DNA of 64,000 nt from Balanoglossus misakiensis (lineage: Eukaryota; Animalia; Hemichordata), in assembly GCA_040954595.2 (NCBI GenBank), contig CM082598.2, forward strand, positions 8,261,097-8,325,096, given 5' to 3'. The translations under genes and the position numbers were made by a program. The notes beneath the pieces were generated by a model. That model made no database searches. It was not told the origin of the DNA and was given only the letters and a program-made list of their open reading frames with translations. This document shows, one piece after another, positions 26,673-39,700 of this stretch; position 1 is the first letter of the stretch, and each line of letters starts with the position of its first letter.

Positions 26673-28133
26673 AATACTGTTCTGGCTTTGAGCTTTATCC
26701 ATGTTATTGACTCAATGATCGAATGCAAAATATTATTTATGATTGCTAGTTAGGTTTTTCTTACAGTAAGCGCAACACTGTCGCTTTATTACATTTAATA
26801 ATTAAGATTAAGCTAAATAAATAAAGTCAGCATTTAAACCGTATTGGAATTGAATTGTAACTACATTTATTTTTGAACAAATGTGGCACAGGTGTATTAA
26901 TTATCGCAGGTTTCCAATGTCTTGAGGACATATTCACTATGGATCTAGGTAGTTATTATGTGCACATGCGTACATTCAACTACTGGAGGATATCTTTTTG
27001 GACTTACTGTAATACCTGTGCTGTATTGTGTTGTGTTTGTCTGTACAATGTGCCACATAAATGTGATAATTGATTGAATATATTTGGAATATGGATGGAT
27101 ATGATCGGAATTATTTGATTATAATTAGTGTTATTTTAATAAACGTATATACTTTAGTTCGCTATGACTTCAAACCTGTGTTGTTGTTTTTTTTCCTGGA
27201 ACGGAATTCGAAATACCGCCCATGGCAGCAGTTGATGGTTGTGAGGTAATTGCAATAGTTTTGTTTGTCCCCATGGCCATGTTCCAGTGGGGCGTACACA
27301 TTTCGGTGTGTCCTTCCTTCACATGCGGAGATGAATTTTTATTCAAATCTTGCAACACAAATGTCTATAGTGCTGCATGTTTATCATGAATGTCAGAGTA
27401 AACACGACGGATGTTAATGAGACAGCTGTTTTGCCTGGAGATTTAACTATTGAAACAGATGTGGCGATGGTTTCATAGCCAGGCGCTCAATAGACGATGT
27501 TGATTCGGATAGTGATGAAGAACATTCCTCTCAGATTAAAAATGTGAAGCAGTTGAGTCTGAAGACGAATTTACAGAACTGCAAACTTCCTCGGATGAGA
27601 ACACATTACTTAAAATAAGATGCAAAAGTAATTAATGCAACCATCAATATGAGTAAGGCTATTGACGAAAATATCTCGGTCAATGTCAATGTTATTCTTA
27701 ACTCAGGTCCTAAGCATACCGAGTGGAGAGTGATTCTGATCAAAGTGTTTCCACTCATCTCAGGAACGAAATACCGAATCTGAACAAACGCCCCGGTTAC
27801 AATCTCTTAACGTACCGATATAACTGATTGCTTTTCTTCATAATATAAGGTCACTCAAAAATCTTGTCAGTATCATCGTCTGTGCATTGGAGCAAAAGAT
27901 GTCAGGCATGGAGCTGCTTGAAGAAAACCTTCTGCTGGACTCGTCCTTCCACACCAACGTCCTCTGCGAAGATACCATCCAATCAGAGAAGTACTAGACT
28001 TATTATTTTGTGCTGCAGAAATCTACACTTATGTCCGTCGAAAATACATTCACCGAAGCTAACCAAGCAGGCATATGCTCCTTGCTCCCTGTCTAGACGA
28101 TTTTAAGGGGAAACTGCAGACTTACTTGTTTAA

Positions 28134-28543
28134 GGATGTACGCGCAGAACATAAACCGGAAACGCTGCGCGCCCGGTCTTTTTCCTATAGGATTACATTG
28201 ATAATCGCCAGAAAACAAACTTCTACTATTGTCATTTTCACGAAATTGTACACATAGCTCAGTCCAGCAAATATAAATTCATTGGTCAAATAAAATATAG
28301 GGGTCACCGCGCTCTATTTTGAGATAAATTGCGTTAAAAAATTTGCCCATAGACAAACCATTGGTGAAAAATGCATAGTCAGCAGATTTCTTCTATTATC
28401 GACCAAATTCATGGCTATGTATTTCAAAAACAAGCGCGGTGACCCCTATATTTTATTACGGATTTTCATAATACATACAAAGGAGAAAAAAAATCCACAA
28501 TTAAAAAAATGACAATACTTTCAATTTTACTGAACGTACATCC
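28134..28543 (+). mobile_element. Kolobok-like MITE, complete
   Basis: TTAA|GGATGTACG...CGTACATCC|TTAA: TTAA TSD with RR..YY termini. Inserted in a tiny LINE 3' remnant (DDFKGKLQTYLFK). Confidence 0.85.
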
Positions 28544-29239
28544 TTAAAAAAGCCTACAGTGTGTGAACAACCATCGGGCGCCACTGAACCGTACTCTGGA
28601 TATTGGCGCCATATAAATGTTTTTGATTTGATGGTGGGTTAACAACCCTGACCTGCCGGGGTAAACAAAAGCTGGGCTTGCCATAGGGTCAGGGATGGCG
28701 CTGGTCATCTGGCGTAAAGCAGTAACTAGACACAGTGGTGAACCTGGCATTTGTAAGATTGGAACTGAATGGATTGTGGCCCGACACTGGTTGGTTTTAG
28801 ACCATGTGGTAGCGATAACAACTCCAACTGATGTGAATTTGAAGTTACGACAGGCTAGGTATTTAGATGGTTCAAATTTATTTGGGCTCGGGGGAACCAA
28901 GTTAGACTTGCGCAAAAATAAATGGAAGACCGTGAGAAAGGCTGCCCAAAGTGTGGTGTCCAACGGCTTTGACAAATCCAAAAACTTGTAAAGGGTAAGC
29001 AAAATATAAGGCGTGATGGCTAATTTGCGTTTGGGAACTTGAGGGTAGGTGTGTGCGAAGCCCTGCAAAGTTAAACATAAAAACAGATGGTGAACCACTT
29101 GCCCGTCAAAACCATTCAACTCGTGTAGTAGGCGAACTGCATTAAGGTAGTTTTTCAAGTTACCAACATTTCTAATTGTTGCCGATAAACACTGAACGAA
29201 CAAAGCCAAACTGGTTGTGGAGGCAGGAACTCGCTTCAA
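28544..29239 (-). pseudogene. Tyrosine recombinase of the DIRS-like element, C-terminally truncated
   Basis: KNYLNAVRLLH, PKRKLAITPYIL, LWAAFLTVFHLFLRKSNLVP, WSKTNQ, SPLCLVTAL. HxxR and catalytic Tyr region absent. Confidence 0.85.
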
Positions 29240-29398
29240 ACCATAGAAAATGCAAAACAGGAAGTAAGTCTTCCACTGCGAGTGAAAATTTGAAATTGTC
29301 CCATGTGCATAAGCAGCGGAAATGGTCGAGGTCCACTTTCGGTGGAATATTCTTAATCCTTTTATTGAAGGCTTCTGCTCCTGTGAAAAATGGAGAAA

Positions 29399-31031
29399 TT
29401 ACCAGTCATGAGTGAAATTGAATAATGTGCTGTCGACGTACTTTTCTGTCAATTGTTTAGCCCCTGTCAATTCTATGAATTTGGCATGGCTACGACCATC
29501 GGTGTCCCAACGGCTGAGTATGTCAGCAATACGATTAGAAGGGGCGCTGACATGTACTGCCTTGATTTGAAACTGATATTGGGCAGCAACGAACCATATT
29601 TCCCATGCGCATTTCAACATCTCTCGTACGACCGGAGTTAAGGACGTGAACAGTGGCTTCGTTATCGCACTGAATGATAAATTGTCTGCTCGTTAGTTGA
29701 GTGGCCCACAGTTTACATGCAACCATTACAGTCAAGAATTCTAGAATGCTGATGTGGTATTCTTTTTCACGAATGGTTTGGGGAAATTGGCAATGGAAAT
29801 ACTCATCCAGAAAGGTGCCACCGGCCCCTAGTAAGCATGCATCTGTCGTGAGAAATTGGTCTGGGAACCCCCAATCCCCAGTGGGTAACATTGATATACC
29901 ATTGAAATGCTCTAGGTATGAGGTCCACCACAGAATATCTTTTTTGAACTCGGCATTGATATGGAAACGATGATGTTGAGGTCGCAGTGTGCGCAACTTG
30001 TCTAATAACTGTGAGATAAAGACCCGCCATGGCCTGACGCAACCTGCCAGAAAGGCCAGTTTACCGATAAGGGACTGTAATTATCTTTTATTAGACCGTT
30101 TCCTAGACAACCACACATGGGGAGTTACTGTTTAGTTTCTTCAAGTTTCTGCTGTGGCACACTCATAGCCATGTCAATAGTATTGAATTGTCGACCAAGG
30201 AAGGTCATTACTGGTGACGGGGAACAAGCTTTTCCCGATAATTCATCAAGACCCAGCTCAATAATAAGTAAATTGCCCAACTGAGTGAATGCAAAATCAG
30301 CCTTATCGACTGATTCCGCACCAGCAATTCACACAATCGCTTCCCTCCTGTTGTGATATATACCGGACTGCATTGGTAGTGCGCTGGCATGCAATGAAGG
30401 CCATTCGTAACCCAAAGGGCAATTTAGTGTAAAAGAAAATAATTTCTCTCCACCTGTACCCCAATAGGAAATAGTCGTGCGGATCGACAGGAATTTTGCG
30501 GTAAGCCCGTTTCAAATCACTCTTGTAAAGTAAACAACCAGGGCCTTTTATTGTGATAAGCTTAGTGAGATCATCGACGCCAGGGTAAGTCAAGGAAAAA
30601 GGCCCGTCCAAATAGAAATCAGAAGGTATCCCATCATTCACTGAGTGGCCGATAGGGAAACTCAGATCGATAACCACCCGCCGATCCGGCGAATCCTTGT
30701 TGTCAACAGTTTGAAGCGGGGATATCATAACAGGTTTGTCAAAGGGATTGTCGTGAAAGGGCCCTACTGAACCGCCTAGGGCTACCTCCTTAGAGATATA
30801 TCTGTCTACATGATCTGGGTACAGCACTGCTGATTTGTGGTTGGTGGAAACTGGAAGTGGGTGATAGGATAATGTGTAATTCAATGGCCATCCAAATTCT
30901 AAGAAGTCCCAAAACTGCGTAGTCATCATACCCTTGTAGTTTAGCTCGCCAAATTGGAATGCATAGATTTGACTGAACTGGAACGCGGCACCCTTTGTAA
31001 TTGGGTAAATTTGAATTGTAAATTTTGACAT
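29399..31031 (-). pseudogene. RT and RNase H of the DIRS-like element
   Basis: RRVVIDLSFP.G.SVNDGI, KSDLKRAYRKIPVDP, LPFGLR; RNase H TDACLLGAGG, HISILEFL, IQCDNEATV, NRIADILSR. YxDD deleted near 30325; several frameshifts. Confidence 0.9.
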
Positions 31032-31724
31032 GCTTTTGAATAGACAGTGAGGCTGTGGGGGACAATGGGGATGGCCAATACTCTATTGGGATGTGAGCGC
31101 TGTGACTTTGTTCAAAATCACAATCTGCCATATGCGGATCTGAAAGTGTATATTTTGTTGAGGTATGCTGCATATCATCTATGATACCTGCCTGGATAAA
31201 ATCACAAATACTATTGTAGGAGGACCCGGATTGTGGATGTTGTGGCATATTGGACAATATATCAACACGCATGTCATGATTGTTATTGTTGATGACTGAT
31301 GGGGATATTGGGAGTCTGCATTATGAATGCCACCATCACAATGTCGGTTTTTAGAGTCATAATCGCTGTTATTAGCCTGGGCCATCGTGGGAGGATTCAG
31401 ATTGTAATTTTTGTGGCACACTAGAATTTTTGCGAACGTATCACAGCTGGACAATTTTTGATCATGATGAAAGTATGGTTTATCCTGACATGTAATATTT
31501 GTAACTACCGGTGTAGGTGAAATTGGAATATCTAAACAGTGTGTGCCGTCGTCACAAGCTGGATCCTCAGACGCATACCCACCATCATCTAAACATTCAT
31601 ATTGAGTGGAACACCATGAGCACATAGGTTAGTGACTGATGAAGGCCGACCTGAAATTTCATTGTGTGAATCTCTGAATCGTTAGGGGCCCAAGCCTCCA
31701 CTTTTTCTATTTTTTTGTTTGAGA

Positions 31725-33352
31725 ACATCGTGATGGCGACGGGTTCAGGAAGGCTAGCCTTTTACCTGAAGGTGTCAACTGATGTTGGTTCGAGACCCCT
31801 TTTTATTTCTTTTTTTTTTTGTGAGAACTTTTAACGTTATTATCATTGTAATTTTTATCATTTTCATAAATCCAATTCATTTCAATATCTACGCTGCGTT
31901 TTTTATCTGTCGGGTATAAGAAACATGCAGGGAAACTTGGTCATTTTTTGTCGCGGTTCACTTGGGAAAATATTGCAAGTGTGAATACGGAGTGCTGAGC
32001 AGAGAGAAAGATAAACTCGCTAAAACCGTGTCTTTCCGTCCGCATGACCAACCAAGGAGCGAAAAAGTCGTTACTTAGGCCGTACTAAAACGTTTTTATC
32101 GCCGAGGAGTGAATAAAGAACGGTCAGATCGTTGCGGTGCAGGGAACTCGTATTTGCACCGCTGCGGTGCAAATTAGATCATTGGAGTTATGCTGCGATA
32201 TAGTGCGGAAAATATCCGACTTTTTAGAGTACACATCGTGATGGCGAAGGGTTCAGGAAGGCTAGCCTTTTACCTGAAGGTGTCAACTGATGTTGGTTCG
32301 AGACCCCTTTTTATTTCTTTTTTTTTGTGAGAACTTTTAACGTTATTATTATTGTAATTTTTATCATTTTCATAAATCCAATTCATTTCAATATCTAAGC
32401 TGCGTTTTTTATACGTCCGGTATAAGAAACATGCAGGGAAACCTGGTCATTTTTTGTCGCGGTTCACTTGGGCAAGTCTGAATACGGAGTGCTCAGCAGA
32501 GAGAAAGATAAACTCGCTAAAACCGTGTCTTTCCGTCCGCATGACCAACCAAGGAGCGAAAAAGTCGTTATTTAGGCCGTAATAAAACGTTTTTGTCGCC
32601 GAGGAGTGAATAAAGAACGGTCAGATCGTCGCGGGGCAGGGAACTCTTATTCGCACCGATGCGGTGCAGGGAACTCTCATTTGCACCGCTGCGGCGCAAA
32701 TAAGATAATTGGAGTTTAATGCAATATAGTGCTGACAATTTCCGACTATTTAGAGTACACATCGTGATGGCGAAAGGTTCACGAAGGCTAGCCTTTTACC
32801 TAAAGGTGTCAACTGATGTTGGTTCGAGACCACTTTTTTTCTATTTCTTTTTTTTGTGAGTACTTTTAACAACATAATCATTGTAATTTTTATCATTTTC
32901 ATAAATCCAATTCATTTCAAGATCTAAGCTGCGTTTTTTATCTGTCCGGTATAAGAAACATGCAGGGAAACTTGGTCATTTTTTGTCGCGGTTCACTTGG
33001 GCAAGTCTGAATACGGAGTGCTCAGCAGAGAGAAAGATGAACTCGCTAAAACCGTGTCTTTCCGTCCGCATGACCAACCAAGGAGCGAAAATAGGCCGTA
33101 ATATAACGTTTTTGTCGCCGAGGAGTGAATAAAGAACGGTCAGATCATTGCGGACCAGGGAACTCTTATTCGCACCGCTGCGGTGCAGGGAACTCCTATT
33201 TGCACCGCTGCGGTGCAAATAAGATCATTGGAGTTATGCTGCAATATAGTGCGGAAAATTTCCGACTTTTTCGAGTACACATCGTGATGGCGAAGGGTTG
33301 AGGAAGGCTAGCCTTTTACTTGAAGGTGTCAACTGATCTTGGTTCGAGACCA
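31725..33352. repeat. Tandem ~510-525-bp repeat, three copies plus a partial
   Basis: Units start ACATCGTGATGGCGA at 31725, 32233, 32759 and 33279. Confidence 0.95.
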
Positions 33353-34384
33353 CGTTTTAGGGGCCGAGACGGACACAGAGAAATCCCAACGCTTAGCAAA
33401 TTATGTCCAATATTCAACAAAGATCAATGGTGGTAATTATTTCTCCTGAATATGTGCATAGTCATTGAGTATGAGCAAAGTCCAGTTTAATGACAGTATT
33501 TTTCAACTGTCTGCGATGTCCTCTTAAAACCTTATGCAAGTTATTCATACGATATTGCACGTAAAGTTTCAACCATAGAGGCCATTTGGTTCTTGAGAAG
33601 AAGATTTGCGAAGAATTTTGTCTTTTTGTAAAAAGCAATTTGGATTTTTTTAATATCTTCTTGCGTGAAGCAGTGTGTCATATGTTGTCTAAATTTATAA
33701 CGCAATTTTCAGTATAGCTACAGGTATACCTATTCTTGTTTGTTATCTCCCGATACGCAGTCTCCTAATTATTCGGGTCAGAAGGTTTAATGACATTATC
33801 GGATAGTTAAATTGCTATTAACACAACGACATAGAAATCCCAATTTCCGAAAAACAAGGTTTTTTGAGATTTTTTTGACAAAATAGTTAAAAATCCTTAA
33901 TAAATTACATTGATTCTTGTATATTATCAACCAAAAATTAAAAAGCTAACAAATATAACTTTGAACTGACTTTTTTCTTAATTTTATTCTAGAATCAGGA
34001 AAACACTGGAATTTGTGTCTTTGGTTAATATTTAGGAAAAACATATATTTGGAATAATTTCCTGGAATTGCCTTGTCAGACTTTTAATTTTCCTCAGAAA
34101 AAAATACGCACAACTTATACTTGCTTTTATCCTTGGACAAATACTTATTTTTTTAGCATTTGTTCAGAACTTGTAGCAACAAATGTTGATGAGGCAAGTT
34201 TTTTCTTGGAAATATACTAACTCGCAAAGAATGGCTTTTTGGACAGAATATTTCTATAGAAAATCAGAGTTTTATTGCACTTAAAAATAATACATCAAAA
34301 ATTGACAAAGAAAAATCAGAATTTCTAGGCATTCAAAATTGTACTTAATTTTTCTATTGAAAAAACATGTTTTCTTTTACTGTA

Positions 34385-35034
34385 TCTCTGCCAATCGGCA
34401 GAAAGTCTGCCTTTTAGCCTTCCAAGCAAGATACAAGATGGCTGACTCTGCCAATTGGCAGAGACCAGAGACAAGATGGCTGACTCTGCCAATTGGCAGA
34501 GGCCAGAGACAAGATGGCTGACTCTGCCAATTGGCAGAGGCCAGAGACAAGATGGCTGACTCTGCCAATTGGCAGAGGCCAGAGACAAGATGGCTGACTC
34601 TGCCAATTGGCAGAGGCCAGAGACAAGATGGCTGACTCTGCCAATTGGCAGAGGCCAGAGACAAGATGGCTGACTCTGCCAATTGGCAGAGGCCAGAGAC
34701 AAGATGGCTGACTCTGCCAATTGGCAGAGGCCAGAGACAAGATGGCTGACTCTGCCAATTGGCAGAGGCCAGAGACAAGATGGCTGACTCTGCCAATTGG
34801 CAGAGGCCAGCGACAAGATGGCTGACTCTGCCAATTGGCAGAGGCCAGAGACAAGATGGCTGACTCTGCCAATTGGCAGAGGCCAGAGACAAGATGGCTG
34901 ACTCTGCCAATTGGCAGAGGCCAGAGACAAGATGGCCGACTCTGCCAATTGGCAGAGGCCAGAGACAAGATGGCCGACTCTGCCAATTGGCAGAGACCAG
35001 AGACAAGATGGCCAACTCTGCCAATTGGCAGAGA
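34385..35034. repeat. 38-bp satellite, ~16 near-identical units
   Basis: Unit GAGACAAGATGGCTGACTCTGCCAATTGGCAGAGGCCA, with 18-bp palindrome CTCTGCCAATTGGCAGAG. Confidence 0.97.
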
Positions 35035-35265
35035 CACACATTACACATCCACTCGCTTAAAATATAAAAACTCCTGGAAATTTTACAATGAAAACTTTTT
35101 TGGGTCCAAAATGGTTATAAGAGTGGCTTGGCCAATCATAGAGCATCTCCATTGATGTCGTTGTTCCCTGAAAAGAAAAAAAAAGCATTCCATATGTAAA
35201 ATATAATAAAAGCGCGACTTTGAAGGTTGTTGAAAAACATCAAATACATGTTACATAACTTACAA

Positions 35266-35691
35266 TAGTCTCGGTTACCCAGAGCCCTCTGCTTCTTCCG
35301 TTAGGCACTCCAGAAAGAGGGTCTGGGGAAACCCGGTAGACAAACCGTCAGGCGGAATCGGGACAGCTGCGATGCATGACGGGAGATTAATATTCCAAAA
35401 TGGCGACGTCCTGTGCGCGAACCCACGGCCGACATGTATGACATACGATAAAGAAAACATGCTGAGAAGTGCTAGACCTGCTAAAACTGTATACAAATTG
35501 AAAAGAGAGAGAGAAGTTCGGTAAATAGTTTTCTAATATCGACATATCATAATATCGTATCGAATATTAATCTCCCGTCATGCATCGCAGCTGTCCCGAT
35601 TCCGCCTGACGGTTTGTCTACCGGGTTTCCCCAGACCCTCTTTCTGGAGTGCCTAACGGAAGAAGCAGAGGGCTCTGGGTAACCGAGACTA
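35266..35691. mobile_element. Academ(H)-like MITE with long perfect TIRs and 9-bp TSD
   Basis: TIRs of ~130 bp starting TAGTCTCGGTTACCCAGA and ending TCTGGGTAACCGAGACTA. AACTTACAA duplicated at 35257-35265 and 35692-35700. Confidence 0.85.
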
Positions 35692-36744
35692 AACTTACAA
35701 TAAAGAACGCGATCACAACACAGGTGTGTGGTCGGAAAGGGTGGTCTTTCCTGACACACATGCCCATCGTTGAGGAATGTTGCTGGCTACAAAACTTCAC
35801 GGGACGGCGACACAGTCACCATACATCACGGAAACAGAGAGACCTAGTGGACGACAATCATTCTTACCTTATGGGTGTCCTTGTAAGCTTGACACGTTTT
35901 CAATGGCCAGAACGGCTCACCCTTGCGCTTGTTGATCAGCCTGGAAGTTTTCTTCGATTCTTGTTTCTTTACTTAAAGTGCACCGGTCTTCTTCCACAAG
36001 ATAGCAACGCTATTAACGTTGGACGTCGACAGTTTGCGCTGGGCACTCTGCTCAGACCCGGGTTTGAATCGCATCGTTGAGAACTTGGCGAAAACCGTCG
36101 CTGTCCACAGAAACAATAGAAATTTCCGACAATCCGGAGATTTTTATTGTTCCATAGATATGTTTGGCGATTCACACCTTAGCCGCGTGGGTCGCCACCT
36201 TTGTGCCTGGATATATCTTATAACCCTTAACCTTTACTATTCAAATTAGTATTAGAGAATAGATAAACCATTATGTTTAGGTTGGGCCAACCTTGGGAAA
36301 GGCGCTTCAATGATTGAGTATGTTTTCAGTGCAAAATACGAACTGACGGATATATGTTACTGAAATCTTACATGGGTTATAATTTTTCAGTATGACTACT
36401 TTCTAGTATTTCTAGCTAGTAAAAGTCCAATTACTTCGCCTACTTGACCGTTGCTTTAAATCAGGAAACCCTTCAATTGAATGGAATCTACCAAGTGACT
36501 GTGCCAAAACTAACTAAAACTTAAGCTGGCCCGCGGCGTTCGAGGTCAGGGCTACTGCCAGGTTGTTCGGTCGTGTATCGGGGCCGTCTACTGCGCCCGT
36601 CAGCATGTCGCTTAATGGCAGTATTTTTTTCATCAACCAGTACACAATTTGATTCAAGTGACGAATATGTCGTGCTCAGCGATGGTGCGCTCGAAAATAC
36701 GTGCTCACTTGTGCAATTTGATAGCGACGATGAGCACGAACTGG

Positions 36745-39700
36745 TACGTCAGCCTGGAAATCTTGCCGATTGGCAGTAGTCTTGTACAGCCTGAAAATCC
36801 TGCCAATTGGCAGGGAGTCATTTACAGCCTGGAAATCTTGCCAATTGGCAGGAGTCTTGTACAGCTTGGAAATCTTTCCGATTGGCAGGAGTCTAGTACA
36901 AGCTGGAAATCCTGCCAATTGGCAGGAGTCTTGTACAACCTGGAAATCTTGCCGATTGGCAGGAGTCTAGTACAACCTGGAAATCCTGCCAATGGGCAGG
37001 AGTCTAGTACAACCTGGAAATCTTGCCGATTGGCAGGAGTCTTGTACAACCTGGAAATCCTGCCGATTGGCAGGAGTCTAGTACAACCTGGAAATCCTGC
37101 CAATTGGCAGGAGTCTAGTACAACCTGGAAATCTTGCCGATTGGCAGGAGTCTAGTACAACCTGGAAATCCTGCCAATTGGCAGGGAGTCATATACAGCC
37201 TGGAAATCTTGCCGATTGGCAGGAGTCTTGTACAGCCTGGAAATCTTGCCGATTGGCAGGAGTCTAGTACAACCTGGAAATCCTGCCAATTGGCAGGAGT
37301 CTTGTACAACCTGGACATCTTGCCGATTGGCAGGAGTCTAGTACAACCTGAAAATCCTGCCAATTGGCAGGAGTCTAGTACAACCTGGAAACCTTGCCGA
37401 TTGGCAGGAGTCTAGTACAACCTGGAAATCCTGCCAATTGGCAGGAGTCTTGTACAACCTGGAAATCTTGCCGATTGGCAGGAGTCTTGTACAGCCTAGA
37501 AATCCTGCCAATTGGCAGGAGTCTAGTACAACCTGGAAATCTTGCCGATTGGCAGGAGTCTTGTACTTGGCAGGAGTCTTGTACAACCTGGAAATCTTGC
37601 CGATTGGCAGGAGTCTTGTACAACCTGGAAATCTTGCCGATTGGCAGGAGTCTAGTACAACCTGGAAATCCTGCCAATTGGCAGGAGTCTTGTACAACCT
37701 GGAAATCTTGCCGATTGGCAGGAGTCTAGTACAACCTGGAAATCTTGCCGATTGGCAGGAGTCTTGTACTTGGCAGGAGTCTAGTACAACTCGGAAATCT
37801 TGCCAATAGGCAGGTGTCTAGTACAACCTGGAAATCTTGCCGATTGGCAGGAGTCTTGTACTTGGCAGGAGTCTAGTACAACCTGGAAATCTTGCCGATT
37901 GGCAGGAGTCTTGTACAACCTGGAAATCCTGCTGATTGGCAGGAGTCTTGTACAACCTGGACATCTTGCCGATTGGCAGGAGTCTAGTACAACCTGAAAA
38001 TCCTGCCAATTGGCAGGAGTCTAGTACAACCTGGAAACCTTGCCGATTGGCAGGAGTCTAGTACAACCTGGAAATCCTGCCGATTGGCAGGAGTCTTGTA
38101 CTTGGCAGGAGTCTAGTACAACTCGGAAATCTTGCCAATAGGCAGGTGTCTAGTACAACCTGGAAATCTTGCCGATTGGCAGGAGTCTTGTACTTGGCAG
38201 GAGTCTAGTACAACCTGGAAATCTTGCCAATTGGCAGGAGTCTTGTACAACCTGGAAATCTTGCCGATTGGCAGGAGTCTAGTACAACCTGGAAATCCTG
38301 CCAATTGGCAGGAGTCTTGTACAACCTGGAAATCTTGCCGATTGGCAGGAGTCTAGTACAACCAGGAAATCTTGCCGATTGGCAGGAGTCTAGTACAACC
38401 TGGAAATCTTGCCGATTGGCAGGAGTCTAGTACAACCTGGAAATCCTGCCAATTGGCAGGAGTCTAGTACAACCTGGAAATCTTGCCGATTGGCAGGAGT
38501 CTAGTACAACCTGGAAATCTTGCCGATTGGCAGGAGTCTAGTACAACCTGGAAATCCTGCCAATTGGCAGGAGTCTTGTACAACCTGGAAATCTTGCCGA
38601 TTGGCAGGAGTCTAGTACAACCTGGAAATCTTGCCGATTGGCAGGAGTCTAGTACAACCTGGAAATCCTGCCAATTGGCAGGAGTCTAGTACAACCTGGA
38701 AATCTTGCCGATTGGCAGGAGTCTAGTACAACCTGGAAATCTTGCCGATTGGCAGGAGTCTAGTACAACCTGGAAATCCTGCCAATTGGCAGGAGTCTAG
38801 TACAACCTGGAAATCTTGCCGATTGGCAGGAGTCTAGTACAACCTGGAAATCTTGCCGATTGGCAGGAGTCTAGTACAACCTGGAAATCCTGCCAATTGG
38901 CAGGAGTCTAGTACAACCTGGAAATCTTGCCGATTGGCAGGAGTCTAGTACAACCTGGAAATCCTGCCAATTGGCAGGAGTCTAGTACAACCTGGAAATC
39001 CTGCCAATTGGCAGGAGTCTAGTACAACCTGGAAATCTTGCCGATTGGCAGGAGTCTAGTACAACCTGGAAATCCTGCCGATTGGCAGGAGTCTAGTACA
39101 ACCTGGAAATCTTGCCGATTGGCAGGAGTCTAGTACAACCTGGAAATCCTGCCAATTGGCAGGAGTCTAGTACAACCTGGAAATCTTGCCGATTGGCAGG
39201 AGTCTAGTACAACCTGGAAATCTTGCCGATTGGCAGGAGTCTAGTACAACCTGGAAATCTTGCCGATTGGCAGGAGTCTTGTACAGCCTGGAAATCTTGC
39301 CGATTGGCAGGAGTCTAGTACAACCTGGAAATCCTGCCAATTGGCAGGAGTCTAGTACAACCTGGAAATCTTGCCGATTGGCAGGAGTCTAGTACAACCT
39401 GGAAATCTTGCCGATTGGCAGGAGTCTAGTACAACCTGGAAATCTTGCCGATTGGCAGGAGTCTAGTACAACCTGGAAATCCTGCCAATTGGCAGGAGTC
39501 TAGTACAACCTGGAAATCTTGCCGATTGGCAGGAGTCTAGTACAACCTGGAAATCTTGCCGATTGGCAGGAGTCTAGTACAACCTGGAAATCCTGCCAAT
39601 TGGCAGGAGTCTAGTACAACCTGGAAATCCTGCCAATTGGCAGGAGTCTAGTACAACCTGGAAATCTTGCCGATTGGCAGGAGTCTAGTACAACCTGGAA

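Larger units (their letters stand above)
28548..33355 (-). mobile_element. Decayed DIRS/Ngaro-type tyrosine-recombinase retrotransposon
   Basis: RT, RNase H and YR in order on the minus strand, with frameshifts. Upstream ~0.5-kb tandem repeats. Outer boundaries uncertain. Confidence 0.85.

Noticed and set aside
30790-31625. gag gene of the DIRS element
   Set aside because: Fragmented ORFs with no zinc-finger or gag motif that I can recognise.
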